In this document: positions 34,383 through 44,857 of the stretch, in pieces | Layout of the letters: each line of letters opens with the position of its first letter | Numbering within the stretch: position 1 is the first letter of the stretch | DNA from: an uncultured Gammaproteobacteria bacterium | GTDB taxonomy: Bacteria > Patescibacteriota > Patescibacteriia > UBA1558 > 2-01-FULL-52-15 | Reading direction: 5' to 3' | NCBI GenBank assembly: GCA_964402565.1 | Contig: CAYOCJ010000001.1 | Location: forward strand, 32,079-96,078 | Length of the DNA: 64,000 nt | Program-made: the position numbers and the translations under genes | Notes under the pieces: model-generated | Told to the model about the DNA's origin: nothing | What the model saw: only the letters and a program-made list of their open reading frames with translations | The model's database searches: none

Positions 34383-35195
34383 TTAGTTAATGGTTAGCTC
34401 TTCACTTAGCCTTTTTATAAGTGTACATTTGCCTGATTTGGTGTCAAGTTCGAGAAAAATCGCATTGATCCATGCCGGACCGGTCTCCGGATAATCGAAT
34501 GTACCTTTGTCGCCGGTCAGGAACCTTTTGATGATCGTTTCTTTGGCAACGCCCAGGACCGAAGCATTCGATCCGGTCATGCCAATATCGGTTACATAGC
34601 CCGTTCCTTCAGAAAGAATGCGCGTATCAGCAGTCGGAATATGCGTATGGGTGCCAAATACAGCGGATGCTCTGCCATTGAGGTGATAGCCAAGTGCGAC
34701 CTTCTCGCTTGTTGCATCTGCGTGAATTTCGACAAGCAGGTGTTTGGGCTTATTGAGTCTATCGTAGAGCGCATCGATGGCCGCAAATGGATTTTCAACA
34801 TCGTCTTTCATGCTGACCTGTCCGAGCAAGTCGACTAATACGATATTCACGTTACCGGCTTGTATCGTTTGGAAGCGGAAATCTTCCGGCGTACGAGGAT
34901 CGTTTGCCGGCAATGAGATCTTTGCTATAGCAGTGATAGGGTCGCTGACCGGGTTTTCTTTCTGCCAGATATGGTTGCCGCCGGTGAAGCCGGTTATGCC
35001 GAGTTCTTTCATTTCAGACAGCGTCTTTTCGGTTACTCCTTTGCCGTGCGCAAGGTTCTCGACATTCGCAATGATCACATCGGGTGAGTACTCTTTTTTC
35101 CATCGGGGAAGAACAGTTTTCACTACTTCGCGGCCAATCTTCGCGACAATGTCGCCAATAATGAGTACTTTGATTGTTTTTTTCGCGCCAAACAT
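34383..35195 (-). CDS. ymdB: YmdB-like metallophosphoesterase (TIGR00282 family, 2',3'-cNMP phosphodiesterase-like)
   Basis: IKVLIIGDIVAKIGREVV...VIANVENLAHGKG...GNHIW...HADATSEK...FGTHTHIPTAD. Confidence 0.75.
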   Translation of the reverse strand: MFGAKKTIKVLIIGDIVAKIGREVVKTVLPRWKKEYSPDVIIANVENLAHGKGVTEKTLSEMKELGITGFTGGNHIWQKENPVSDPITAIAKISLPANDPRTPEDFRFQTIQAGNVNIVLVDLLGQVSMKDDVENPFAAIDALYDRLNKPKHLLVEIHADATSEKVALGYHLNGRASAVFGTHTHIPTADTRILSEGTGYVTDIGMTGSNASVLGVAKETIIKRFLTGDKGTFDYPETGPAWINAIFLELDTKSGKCTLIKRLSEELTIN

Positions 35196-35360
35196 AGAAT
35201 AAGGAATAGAGTGGTGTTAGAGAGAGGGCAGGCACGTCAGTACTGTCATTCCGAAACGAAGTGAGGAATCTCACTAAAGTACGACTCTTGGGAGATCCCT
35301 CCCCGCCCAGGGCGGGTCGGGATGACGTGCCCCCTGGAGGAGTTCGTAATGACAAAGTTC

Positions 35361-36887
35361 TTAACGTGCGTATTCAGTTACGCGAAGTTCACGGATAAGG
35401 GTAACTTTTACTTCGCCAGGATATTTGAGTTCGGCCTCGATCTTATTTGCAATATCGCGTGCGAGCATCTTAGCAGAGTAATCATCTATCTTATCAGGAG
35501 TGACGAAGACCCTGATCTCGCGGCCTGCCTGGATAGCATAACTCTTTTCAATGCCTTCGAATGAATTTGCAACACCCTCGAGCTCTTCAAGGCGCTGAAT
35601 ATAATTTTCATAGGAATCTTTTCTTGCGCCGGGTCGGGAGCCGGAAATTGCGTCGGCGCATTTGACGATGATGCCTTCAATGGTCTTCGGATGATCTTCA
35701 TGGTGCGCGATAGCAATATAGGCCACTTCTTCAGGCAAGCCGAATTTTTTCATGAGGTCATAGCCTATCTCAGGATGGCCTCCCTGCACTTCATGGTCAA
35801 GTGCTTTACCGATGTCATGGAGCAAGCCGCCCTTTTTCGCAACGGCAGCATTTGCGCCCAGTTCATGCGCGAGCATGCCAGAAATATATGAGACTTCCAA
35901 TGCATGCTTGAGCTGATTTTGGCCATAGCTTGTTCTGTATTTGAGGCGGCCAAGGATCTGTACGAGTTTCGGATCAAGCCCGACTACGCCGGCTTCATAG
36001 GCAGCGTCTTCGCCTGCTTTGATGATGTCCATTGCAAGCTCTTTCTTCGCGCCAGCCACGACTTCTTCGATGCGGGCAGGATGGATGCGCCCGTCTACGA
36101 TGAGTTTATCCAGTACTCGCTTGGCTAAATGTCTCCGGATAGGGGAGAAGCCTGACACCATAATGGAGTCCGGCGTGTCATCAACGATGATCTCGACTCC
36201 GGTCAGGTTTTCGATGGTTTTGATATTTCTTCCTTCGCGGCCGATGATGCGACCCTTCATTTCTTCATTCGGGATGGTGACGATGGTGGTCGTACTTTCG
36301 GCGGTATGCGATGAGGCAATGCGCTGCATGGCAAGAGCGATCATATTTCTGGCTCTGTTTTCGAGCTCCTCGGAAGCCATATTTTCTTGTTTCTTGATGC
36401 GAACCAGCAATTCATCCTTCATCCGGTCTTCAACGTTCTTCATCAAGATCTCTTTTGCTTCTTTTTCGTCGAGATTAGCGATCGCTTCCAGTTTTTTCAT
36501 CTGGTCTTCTTTGATCTTCTTGATCTCTTCTTTCGCACCGGCAACTTTATCGATATCGTCGCTCAGTTTTTGCTGCTTGGATTCGAACTCGAGCAGTTTA
36601 TTATCGAAAAGCGATTCGCGCTTTTCGAGCCGCACCTGGAATTCCTGCATTTCACGGCGACGTTCGCGTTCTTCTGTCTTTGCCTCTTCGATGATCTGAG
36701 TGCCTTTGTTCTTTGCTTCGATCAAGGCTTCTTGCTGCTTTGTTTTAGCCTCTTCGATGATGACATGCGCCTTTTTATTGGCACGCTCAAGAGAATCCTT
36801 CAAGAGAAATTTTCTAATGAAGTATCCGACTGCAATTCCTGCGAGCAAGCCTCCGGTAAGGAGTGCCAGCGGAGTTAAATTGGACAT
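35361..36887 (-). CDS. rny: ribonuclease Y
   Basis: N-terminal TM, long coiled-coil, KH domain (IGREGRNIKTIENLTGV), HD domain (GLLHDIGKALDHEVQGGHPEIG...IAHHE). Confidence 0.85.
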   Translation of the reverse strand: MSNLTPLALLTGGLLAGIAVGYFIRKFLLKDSLERANKKAHVIIEEAKTKQQEALIEAKNKGTQIIEEAKTEERERRREMQEFQVRLEKRESLFDNKLLEFESKQQKLSDDIDKVAGAKEEIKKIKEDQMKKLEAIANLDEKEAKEILMKNVEDRMKDELLVRIKKQENMASEELENRARNMIALAMQRIASSHTAESTTTIVTIPNEEMKGRIIGREGRNIKTIENLTGVEIIVDDTPDSIMVSGFSPIRRHLAKRVLDKLIVDGRIHPARIEEVVAGAKKELAMDIIKAGEDAAYEAGVVGLDPKLVQILGRLKYRTSYGQNQLKHALEVSYISGMLAHELGANAAVAKKGGLLHDIGKALDHEVQGGHPEIGYDLMKKFGLPEEVAYIAIAHHEDHPKTIEGIIVKCADAISGSRPGARKDSYENYIQRLEELEGVANSFEGIEKSYAIQAGREIRVFVTPDKIDDYSAKMLARDIANKIEAELKYPGEVKVTLIRELRVTEYAR

Positions 36888-37254
36888 ACGGAAAGCTCCT
36901 ATCTGCCAGCGAGTAGGTGCTACGGTTTCTAATCTAGAGATGCCACATGCTCCGCCTCCTTGATGGAGCTCAGAGTTTAGTTTGAAATAGGCAGTACGCC
37001 TGCTTCGAGTACAGAATGATTGACTGTGCCGTTTAGGCCTGGGAATATTGCAATCATGCTCGTATGTGGCTTTCTCGTAGTAACCAGAACTTCCGTTTTT
37101 GAATCCGCCTTGGGCGGAAACTACTCGTGTCAGCTAACTAATAATAATGTAATGACATCCGAATGGATATCATCGATACCATAGCACAGCCTTTTTCAGA
37201 ACGCAAGTCAATGTAAGTTTTTCCTCCATTCCTATGCTTCGATTAACGTAAGAA

Positions 37255-37289
37255 GGCGGCTTTCGTTTCACGAAAGCCGCCTCTTTTTC
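37255..37289. terminator. intrinsic terminator downstream of clpP (ggcggctttcg tttcac gaaagccgcc TCTTTTTCG)
   Basis: 11-bp stem plus T-run. Confidence 0.5.
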
Positions 37290-37306
37290 GTTATCCCAGG
37301 GAGATG

Positions 37307-37882
37307 TTACTTGATGATCTTATCAATAAGCCCGTATTTCAGAGCCTCTTCGGCTGTCATATGGAAATCGCGATCAGTATCATGTTCGATTTTCGACAGC
37401 GATTGGCCGGTGTCCTTGGCAAGAATTTTGTTCAATCGATCTTTGATCTTGATGATCTGTTCGGCTTTAATCTTAATATCGACTGCCTGACCTTGTGCTC
37501 CGCCGATCACTTGGTGGATAAGCATTTCAGAATTCGGCAATGAATAGCGGCTGCCTTTGGCACCGCCGGCAAGAAGCACTGCGCCCATTGAGGCTGCAAG
37601 ACCGACGCAAATGGTCGAGACAGGAGCCTTGATGTGCTGTATGGTGTCGTAGATCGCGAGTCCATCGGTCACATTACCGCCAGGGGAGTTGATATAGAGT
37701 TTGATAGGTTTCTTGTCATCCTGGCTGGCCAAGAACAGAAGCTGCGCAATGATGCTGTTCGCAACGCCGGAATCAATGCCGTCGCCGAGGAAGATGATGC
37801 GATCTTTCAGCAAACGGGAATAAATATCATATGCGCGTTCGCCGAAGTTCGATTTTTCTATGACTGTTGGTATGAGATACAT
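37307..37882 (-). CDS. clpP: ATP-dependent Clp protease proteolytic subunit ClpP
   Basis: [24 protein letters not shown]...[14 protein letters not shown]...LIHQV with the Ser-His-Asp triad context. Confidence 0.85.
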   Translation of the reverse strand: MYLIPTVIEKSNFGERAYDIYSRLLKDRIIFLGDGIDSGVANSIIAQLLFLASQDDKKPIKLYINSPGGNVTDGLAIYDTIQHIKAPVSTICVGLAASMGAVLLAGGAKGSRYSLPNSEMLIHQVIGGAQGQAVDIKIKAEQIIKIKDRLNKILAKDTGQSLSKIEHDTDRDFHMTAEEALKYGLIDKIIK

Positions 37883-37923
37883 AATGTTATTGTTTCGTTA
37901 GTACCGTAGAATGTACACCCTTT

Positions 37924-38895
37924 TTACACGATAGTCCAGTTTGACCCCTGCGCCTGCAATGAGCCGGCAATTTTAAACCCGGACGCCTTCCGATGGCCGC
38001 CTCCTCCAAGCGTCAACGCAAGGCTTCCGACATTGACATTGTCTTTCACGGTGCGCAATGAGCCTTTGATCATACCCTCCTTTTTCGCGTAGAGGAATAA
38101 AATGATATTTACGTTCGGGATCAGGCTCAAGTAATTGCTGATGCCCTCGACCGACTCAGGATCTGCGCCGATTTGCTCGATATCATCGTCGGTGATGAAA
38201 CTAATGATGCTGTTATAGTCGCGGTTATGTTTCAGCCGTGACATAATGAGCCCCCAGAGCTTCAGATCAGTAATGGATTTCGTATACAATGTTTTTCGTA
38301 TCGTGCTATAGAGGTCGGCGCCTGATTCTATGAGTTTTGAAACGATCGAGTATGCCTGATACGACGTTGCCGGGTTCGTTAATTTATCAGTGTCTGTAAT
38401 GAGGCCGTGCAGGAGGCTGTCTGCAATATGGCGATCGATCTCAATCTCCCAGTGAAAAAAGAGGCGCGCAAGGACTTCAGTTGTCGAACTTGCATTTCTG
38501 ACGACAAGATTGATATCCCCGTAATCTGGATTGGTCGCATGATGGTCGACATTGATAACCGTCGTTGCTGTGTTATCGCGCCGCATCATGAAGCCATCGA
38601 TGCCTGCATATTCGAGATCACCGGAGTCATTTACGATAATGAGATCAAATTGTTTATTGAATACTTCAGGATCTTGTTTGATCAAATAGCTTGAATAGAG
38701 ATGTTTCAGATAATCAGGCACCGGATCAAGACAGAAAGCCTCGACTTCTTTTCCTTGTTTCTCTAATACAGAGATCCATGCGCACACTGAGCCGAGCGTG
38801 TCTGCATCAGGTTTTTTGTGCGCAACAAGCAGGATGCGTTTTGCACCGGAAACAGCATTTTTAATTGCCTGCGCTTCGATCTGGTAATTTACCAT
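37924..38895 (-). CDS. nrnA: DHH/DHHA1-family phosphoesterase NrnA-like (oligoribonuclease / pAp phosphatase)
   Basis: ILLVAHKKPDADTLGSV, NDSGDLEY, NVDHHATN (DHH motif), GGGHRKASG (DHHA1 GGGH). Confidence 0.7.
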   Translation of the reverse strand: MVNYQIEAQAIKNAVSGAKRILLVAHKKPDADTLGSVCAWISVLEKQGKEVEAFCLDPVPDYLKHLYSSYLIKQDPEVFNKQFDLIIVNDSGDLEYAGIDGFMMRRDNTATTVINVDHHATNPDYGDINLVVRNASSTTEVLARLFFHWEIEIDRHIADSLLHGLITDTDKLTNPATSYQAYSIVSKLIESGADLYSTIRKTLYTKSITDLKLWGLIMSRLKHNRDYNSIISFITDDDIEQIGADPESVEGISNYLSLIPNVNIILFLYAKKEGMIKGSLRTVKDNVNVGSLALTLGGGGHRKASGFKIAGSLQAQGSNWTIV

Positions 38896-39038
38896 AGCCA
38901 GCCACTATAAATAAAAAGCGCCGCCATGTCAATTGACACTCTGTATTCTTTTATTTAGGGTGCTACTATACGTTCTTTACCATTGATTTTCCTAGGAGAA
39001 ACCATTAAACGTAGCGGCGAGCCGCAAGGAGGATTCAC

Positions 39039-39719
39039 TTGGACATCATCGAAATCTTCAAGAACATGGGTCTGATCGGCTGGGTTGTGGTCATCATTCT
39101 GGGCCTTCTCTCCGTGATCGCTTCATCCATGATGTTGAAGAAGGCTGTGCTGTTCCATAAGGCACGGGCCGAATCGACCGCGTTCATCCCGCTTTTCGAT
39201 GTCGCTCTGAAAAAAAACGATCTCCAGCAAGCCGCCGACATCGCCCGGAAATACAAGAAATCGCATCTGGCACAGATCATGCTTGCGGGCGTTACCGAGT
39301 ATCAGAACGAGCGCGATGAACTGCGAGGCGACGAGCTCGTTGCCGCGATCGATCGAGCCGTGTCGAATGAAACCGAGCTCATGCACGCCAAGATGCACCA
39401 TGGTCTGAACCATCTGGCCACGATCGCATCGACCTCCCCATTCGTGGGGCTTTTCGGCACCGTTATGGGCATCATTCACGCCTTTCAGGGCATCGCACAC
39501 TCAGGCTCCGGCGGCCTCTCCAGCGTCTCGGCTGGCATCGCCGAGGCATTGATCACCACCGCGATAGGCATTTTGGTAGCGGTGATGGCTCTGGCGTGGT
39601 TTAACCATTACACGTCGAGGCTCAATCGTTTCCAGGTGGAGATGAACACGACCGCCAAACAGATGGTGGGTTTCTTCAAGAAAAAGATCGCCAAGGATTC
39701 GCGGCCTGAAGCTGCGTGA
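39039..39719 (+). CDS. MotA/TolQ/ExbB-family proton-channel protein
   Basis: 3 TM segments. LATIASTSPFVGLFGTVMGIIHAF matches the ExbB/TolQ conserved segment. Confidence 0.7.
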   Translation: MDIIEIFKNMGLIGWVVVIILGLLSVIASSMMLKKAVLFHKARAESTAFIPLFDVALKKNDLQQAADIARKYKKSHLAQIMLAGVTEYQNERDELRGDELVAAIDRAVSNETELMHAKMHHGLNHLATIASTSPFVGLFGTVMGIIHAFQGIAHSGSGGLSSVSAGIAEALITTAIGILVAVMALAWFNHYTSRLNRFQVEMNTTAKQMVGFFKKKIAKDSRPEAA

Positions 39720-39746
39720 AGCAGGGCCTGCGAGACCAAAAAGGAG

Positions 39747-40040
39747 GTGCGCATGTGGTGGACTGATGACATTCATACCGCGATCGCGATCGGTGAGAAC
39801 GACAACGCCTATCAGGCGCGGATCTTCTGGTTCTGGGTCTGCATCGCAGGCTTGTTCGCCGAGTGTCTTCTGATCGTCGGTCACTTCACTGCCGGCTGGC
39901 AGTCTATCTCGGCTGCGGAGATCATTCTCATTCCGCTGTGCCTTGCTCTGCTGAAGCTCTTCTACTCGCACCTTGATCTTCTGCATTCGCGCGAGCGCTT
40001 GTATAGACAAGCAGCAAGCGACAAGACGCTTCGCACCTGA
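39747..40040 (+). CDS. hypothetical small membrane protein (not ExbD-like)
   Basis: 2 TM segments. Occupies the position where exbD/tolR would be expected but lacks its signature. Confidence 0.3.
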   Translation: MRMWWTDDIHTAIAIGENDNAYQARIFWFWVCIAGLFAECLLIVGHFTAGWQSISAAEIILIPLCLALLKLFYSHLDLLHSRERLYRQAASDKTLRT

Positions 40041-40062
40041 AAACGTTCGGTTAAACCGAAAC

Positions 40063-40097
40063 ACTCCCCGTGGACACCCGCGGGGAGTTTTCTTTTT
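40063..40097. terminator. intrinsic terminator (actccccg tggacaccc cggggagt then TTTCTTTTT)
   Basis: Between exbB-region genes (+) and rbfA (-). Confidence 0.55.
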
Positions 40098-40112
40098 AGG
40101 TTACTGCGCCTG

Positions 40113-40439
40113 TTATCTACTTAAAGCTTCATCAACCGCAGCGTATTTCCGGTTCGTGAGGTCAAGCTCCCAATGTATCTGCGGTGAAAATTTCATGGTG
40201 AGTTTTTTGTTCAGCATATGCTGAACATCTTTTTTCATGCGGCGAAGCGCCTCCATGCCGGAACCCGTTTTATTATCCGGTAAAATAGAAACAAAAATAT
40301 TAGCATGCTTCAGATCAGGAGCAACCTCTGCGCGCATGATCGTGATCATACAATCGCGCGGCGGTTCTAAGTCGCGTGCCAGAATCTGACTAATTTCACG
40401 AACAAGGAGTTCGTTGACCTGTTCGGTGCGTTGAGACAT
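40113..40439 (-). CDS. rbfA: ribosome-binding factor A
   Basis: KH-like fold signature ...VNELLVREISQIL...ITIMRAEVAPDLKHANIFVSI... Typical infB-rbfA linkage. Confidence 0.8.
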   Translation of the reverse strand: MSQRTEQVNELLVREISQILARDLEPPRDCMITIMRAEVAPDLKHANIFVSILPDNKTGSGMEALRRMKKDVQHMLNKKLTMKFSPQIHWELDLTNRKYAAVDEALSR

Positions 40440-40457
40440 AGTACAATGCTAAGCAAG

Positions 40458-41057
40458 TTAAGATGAAGATTTTCTTCCCATTCTAAACTCAAATTCTTTT
40501 ACAAAAACAGGAATATAATTTTTTACTTCTTGCCCATATGCGTCATAAGCAATCTTTCCAAAACGTTTTGTTTTCCATTCAGCATAATAGTTATCGATAT
40601 GTTCAGGCGGGACATTAGCTAAATAGACCTCATCATCCATAAGCTCTGGATGATTTTTTTTATCTTTTATTAAATCTTCAAAGTAATCATGATCAGGGTC
40701 AAAATCATCAATATCCCCATAATCCTCATGGTCATCGTACCCATGACCACCTGTTTTTAATTTCTTGTCTAATTGACGCGACATCCAATATATTTGTTGG
40801 TGTAACAATTTTTCGTCTTCATTCAATGTGTATTTCCCGTGAGTGATCGCATATTCTTCCTCTTGGGTTAAAACAGGATGCAAAATAAGAGCATCGCCTA
40901 TAGCACGCAGCTCCTCTTGTTTCATACGAATGGATTCCTGTAATACGGTGTCGTCAGGATTACTCTTTACTTGCTCGACCAATGCTTTATATTCCTCGAA
41001 TAGGGCATCAATTTTATTTCGCTCAGGGCTTTCTTCGTGGGGTCGTTCGTACCTCAT
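40458..41057 (-). CDS. hypothetical acidic protein (199 aa) inserted between infB and rbfA
   Basis: Low GC, Asp/Glu/His-rich (GHGYDDHEDYGDIDDFDPDHDYFED). No family recognised. Confidence 0.45.
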   Translation of the reverse strand: MRYERPHEESPERNKIDALFEEYKALVEQVKSNPDDTVLQESIRMKQEELRAIGDALILHPVLTQEEEYAITHGKYTLNEDEKLLHQQIYWMSRQLDKKLKTGGHGYDDHEDYGDIDDFDPDHDYFEDLIKDKKNHPELMDDEVYLANVPPEHIDNYYAEWKTKRFGKIAYDAYGQEVKNYIPVFVKEFEFRMGRKSSS

Positions 41058-41079
41058 ACCTTTTTACTTATTACCTTTG

Positions 41080-43056
41080 TTACTTCTCAATAAAGAATTC
41101 GAAAATATCATTGACCTGGACTATGGGGTCGCAGGCTACTTCCATACCTACCTCCGAAGGAGCGACTGCCTCAGCTACATTTTCTTTGCTGCTCTGCAAA
41201 TTCGTGAGATTGCCATAGGTCATGATCTCTTCTCCACGAAGGACCTTCACCTTGCACCCTTTTTTTACCAAGCCTTCAATGACTCTGCCGCCGCAGATGA
41301 CGCTTTTGTTCGTCGTTTTAAAAATTGCCAATACTTTCAATTTGCCGATAAGCTGGCGAGTCAAAGTCGGCTTCTTGATCAGATCGAGCTGCTTCTCGAT
41401 CTTTTCGATCACATGGTAAATGACATCTTCATAGAGAATATGCACTTTTCGTTCGTCTGCGAAAGCGGTCATTTTCTTATTTTCCTTCAGGTGAAAACTG
41501 ATAATACTGCCGCCTGTTGCCTGTGCGGTCAGGATATCTGCTTCAGTGACGAAACCGAGACCTTTCTTGATGATACGCACCTGCGCTTCCGGGCCCGAGA
41601 GTTTGGTCAGGGATTCTTCGATAGCTTCGAGCGAGCCCAATACATCGGCTTTGATCAATACATTCACCGAAGGAACATTTTTTTCGCTATTTTCGTCCTG
41701 TCCGTTTTTGCTCACTGATGCACGCCTCGTTACGACGACTTTTTCTTGTTCTTTGAGGCGCTTATTGAACTCTTTACGATCTTGCTCTACGACAAGGATA
41801 TCGCCAACAGCAGGCAATTGCTTCAATCCGAGTATTTTTACCGGCATACCGGGAGTAGCATGCGGAACGTCAGCGCCGGTCCAGTCCTTCAATGCTTTCA
41901 CCTTGCCGGCAGCATGGCCGACAACGAGCAAGTCATTGATCTTGAGGCTGCCTGCTTGGATCAGAACTGTAGCTACTGGTCCTTCTCCTTTGTCGATATG
42001 CGACTCGATAATTGTGCCGATAGCATTACCCGAAGCGTCGGCTTTAAGTTCTTCGAGGTCAGCAACCAGCAGGATCATTTCCAGCAATTCAGGAATACCC
42101 GTTCCTTTCAAAGCTGAGATAGGAGCGCAAATGACCTTGCCGCCCCAGTCTTCCGGCTGCAAGTTTATTTCTGCAAGTTCTTTCTTGACCTTATCAATAT
42201 CAGCAGTTTCTTTATCTATTTTATTGATAGCGACGATGAACGGGAGATTTTCTTTTTGGATGATGGCAATGCTTTCTAACGTTTGAGGCTTCAAACCATC
42301 GTCAGCTGCTACCACCAGTACTGCGAGGTCGGCGATCTGTCCGCCGCGAGAACGCATGGCTTTGAACGCTTCGTGCCCTGGCGTATCAAGGAAGGTTATG
42401 ATCCTTTTTTTCCCCTTGCTGACCGCTTCGGTTTGATAGGCTCCGATATGCTGGGTGATGCCGCCTGATTCCCCGGCCATGATGTTCGTTTTCCGAATGG
42501 CGTCGAGCAATTTTGTCTTGCCATGATCGACATGGCCCATGATCACGACTACCGGCGGACGGGGATTGACGCCGCTTCGCTCTGAGAGCAAGCCTTCGAG
42601 CATTTCTTTTTTACTGACTTCCGCTGTCTCAGCAGCTGCCTGGCTTTTGGTAACTGTAAAGCCGAGATCTTCGCTGATGATGCTTGCGGTTTCAAAGTCG
42701 AGCCGTTCGTTCAGCGATGCCATGATGCCATTGCGCATCATTTCGCCCATGATCTTGGCAATAGGCAGCTGGAGTTTTTCAGCTAAGTCTTTCACGATCA
42801 CGGTTTCAGGAAGTTCGACAGTACGGGATTTCTTGTCAACGGATGATTCTTTACCGCGGATCTCTCTGACTTCTTGTTCGCGCGCTTTCACTGCCTGGAT
42901 CTTCTGAAATTGCCGGACTGCGAAAATGATCTTATTGACCTGCGAATCATCAACCTTGATCGCGCGCCTGCCAATTGCAAAACCAACTTGCGGAAGCAAG
43001 TCGAGAAGTTCATTTGGAGTAAGTTTCAATTCCTGAGCTAATTTGCTGATGTTCAT
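41080..43056 (-). CDS. infB: translation initiation factor IF-2
   Basis: G-domain [25 protein letters not shown], plus C-terminal beta-barrels. Start placed at the internal Met ([18 protein letters not shown]); the longer ORF uses an alternative TTG. Confidence 0.9.
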   Translation of the reverse strand: MNISKLAQELKLTPNELLDLLPQVGFAIGRRAIKVDDSQVNKIIFAVRQFQKIQAVKAREQEVREIRGKESSVDKKSRTVELPETVIVKDLAEKLQLPIAKIMGEMMRNGIMASLNERLDFETASIISEDLGFTVTKSQAAAETAEVSKKEMLEGLLSERSGVNPRPPVVVIMGHVDHGKTKLLDAIRKTNIMAGESGGITQHIGAYQTEAVSKGKKRIITFLDTPGHEAFKAMRSRGGQIADLAVLVVAADDGLKPQTLESIAIIQKENLPFIVAINKIDKETADIDKVKKELAEINLQPEDWGGKVICAPISALKGTGIPELLEMILLVADLEELKADASGNAIGTIIESHIDKGEGPVATVLIQAGSLKINDLLVVGHAAGKVKALKDWTGADVPHATPGMPVKILGLKQLPAVGDILVVEQDRKEFNKRLKEQEKVVVTRRASVSKNGQDENSEKNVPSVNVLIKADVLGSLEAIEESLTKLSGPEAQVRIIKKGLGFVTEADILTAQATGGSIISFHLKENKKMTAFADERKVHILYEDVIYHVIEKIEKQLDLIKKPTLTRQLIGKLKVLAIFKTTNKSVICGGRVIEGLVKKGCKVKVLRGEEIMTYGNLTNLQSSKENVAEAVAPSEVGMEVACDPIVQVNDIFEFFIEK

Positions 43057-43204
43057 GTTTTTTCCTTTCAGACGCTGCTCAACTGTACTGTCTAAACCTC
43101 TAAATGTCAAGGAAATAAGCCATTTTTAAATAAATCCATGGTTACGATTCGGGTATGTTTGACATGCCGGGATGTTTCAGGTATGTTAACTTGATTTTCT
43201 AAGT

Positions 43205-44323
43205 ATGCTGATCCAAGAGAAAACAGATATTCAAACTATTGTAGGTAACTCGCGGAGGGTGCTGGTACTTGCGAAGGATAATCCAGGGTACGATGAGGGG
43301 GCTTCTGCCCTCGCTTTATTTTTATGGCTCAAGCGCCAGAGCAAAGAACGCGTTGACCTTTTCATACCGGAAAGCGCTATGGGCCGCCTTCGGTTTTTAC
43401 CGGACATAGCAGAAGCGCGGACACAGATCCAGGCAGCAGATCAATTCGTCATACAGATCAGCGTAGCGAAAACAAAAGCCAAGGAGCTGAGTTATGATGT
43501 GAAGGATAATATCCTCGAGATCAGGATCAAACCTGAGGGCGGCAATTTTACGCAGAAGGACGTTTCATTCGCTGAAAGTTCTTTCGGATATGACCTTATC
43601 ATCACCATTGGCGCAGCTGAGCTGGCTTCGCTTGGCGATGTATTCGAGAAGAACAGAGAACTTTTCTTCAATACACCCATCATTAATATCGACCGGCAGA
43701 CGAGAAATGTCCGCTTCGGCCAGATCAATGCCGTACATCTCAACTCCACATCACTCTCTGAGATGGTCTACACCTTGATCGGGCCTGACATCACTCCGGA
43801 TATAGCACAGTGTTTGCTTACTGGCCTCATAGCTGCAACTAATAGTTTCCAAACTCCGCAAGTAACTCCGGAAACGCTGAAGCTCGCAAGCGATATGATC
43901 GTCGCCGGCGCAAAGCAGCAAGAGATAGTTACGCATCTTTATCGCACCAAGGATTTGGATAAACTGAAGATTTGGGGGAGAGTATTATCCCGATTGCAGC
44001 AAGTAGATAAGCGAATCGTCTACTCCGATCTAAGGAAAGAAGATGTCGAAGGAGGCAATATTGATCTTGCAGGGCTTGTCGATGATTTGGTTCTGGCCAG
44101 CCCTGAGGCTGACGTGGTGTTGTTTTTCTTCGAGCAATCTGCGGCCGAGACTGCCGTGTATGCCTATGCACGCGAAAATTATGATCTACAAATTCTCTTG
44201 CAGCCATTCAAACCGAACGGAAGCCGGCGTGAAGTAACCTGTGTATTTTCGGGCGATCGTGGAGTTGCTGAAGCTGCATTTCTCACACAACTGAAAGAGC
44301 AGATGAAGCTGATCCAGCGCTAG
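43205..44323 (+). CDS. DHH-family phosphoesterase-like protein with degenerate motifs (NrnA paralog?)
   Basis: Architecture and length similar to NrnA (RRVLVLAKDNPGYDEGASALAL), but the DHH triplet position reads NIDRQTRN. Probably non-catalytic. Confidence 0.35.
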   Translation: MLIQEKTDIQTIVGNSRRVLVLAKDNPGYDEGASALALFLWLKRQSKERVDLFIPESAMGRLRFLPDIAEARTQIQAADQFVIQISVAKTKAKELSYDVKDNILEIRIKPEGGNFTQKDVSFAESSFGYDLIITIGAAELASLGDVFEKNRELFFNTPIINIDRQTRNVRFGQINAVHLNSTSLSEMVYTLIGPDITPDIAQCLLTGLIAATNSFQTPQVTPETLKLASDMIVAGAKQQEIVTHLYRTKDLDKLKIWGRVLSRLQQVDKRIVYSDLRKEDVEGGNIDLAGLVDDLVLASPEADVVLFFFEQSAAETAVYAYARENYDLQILLQPFKPNGSRREVTCVFSGDRGVAEAAFLTQLKEQMKLIQR

Positions 44324-44330
44324 TCGTTCG

Positions 44331-44678
44331 TTATACGGCCCGCGAAAGACTGCTCACTAAAAAGCCAGCGATCGAATAGGACATGAGTATGATCAGCATG
44401 CCCACAATACTTGCGCCAATGATTCCTTTCGCACGTGCGATCTTGTCTTCGTTGCCTCCTGAAGTCATCCAAAGTAATCCAGCATACAAGATCGCAATAA
44501 TGAGGAATAGTCCGAGATAACCGACAAGTATTCCTACAATATTTCCGAGGATCGTCGGGAGCGGTCGATTACTGAAGCCAGCAAAATTTGCCGGCACTTC
44601 AATAGAGACCTGAGCATACGTAGTATGCGCTGCCAGCGCGAATGTGGATAGCACGATACATAATGACTTTTTGGCCAT
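44331..44678 (-). CDS. small membrane protein resembling TrbC/VirB2-type (T4SS) pilin
   Basis: Signal peptide, two hydrophobic helices separated by SGGNEDKIARAKGIIGASIVGMLIIL, which resembles the VirB2/TrbC pilin core. Confidence 0.35.
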   Translation of the reverse strand: MAKKSLCIVLSTFALAAHTTYAQVSIEVPANFAGFSNRPLPTILGNIVGILVGYLGLFLIIAILYAGLLWMTSGGNEDKIARAKGIIGASIVGMLIILMSYSIAGFLVSSLSRAV

Positions 44679-44769
44679 ATACCTATACGACGTGATCTCT
44701 TGTTTTTCCTGTCGCTGCTGTTCGTTGACTACTATCCAGTAAATTTGGCATACTTGGTTTGTCTTATAT

Positions 44770-44846
44770 GCGCCTGTAGCTCAATTGGTTAGAGCATTCG
44801 GCTTATATCCGAACGGTTCCTGGTTCGAGTCCAGGCAGGCGCACCA
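44770..44846 (+). tRNA. tRNA-Ile with anticodon TAT (UAU), encoded CCA
   Basis: GCGCCTG TA GCTC AATTGGTTA GAGC A TTCGG CTTATAT CCGAA CGGTT CCTGG TTCGAGT CCAGG CAGGCGC A CCA. Cloverleaf is canonical. Confidence 0.8.
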
Positions 44847-44857
44847 TTTTTACTTAT

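Noticed and set aside
39747-40040. ExbD/TolR assignment for the gene after exbB
   Set aside because: ExbD has one N-terminal TM helix and a periplasmic domain of about 100 aa with conserved Asp in the TM helix. This ORF has two TM helices and no similarity.
35486-42907. Numerous antisense or alternative-frame ORFs inside rny, infB, pnp, sufS, exbB
   Set aside because: They are nested within genes that have clear conserved-domain translations. They are low-complexity (Ser/Ala/Arg-rich) shadow frames.
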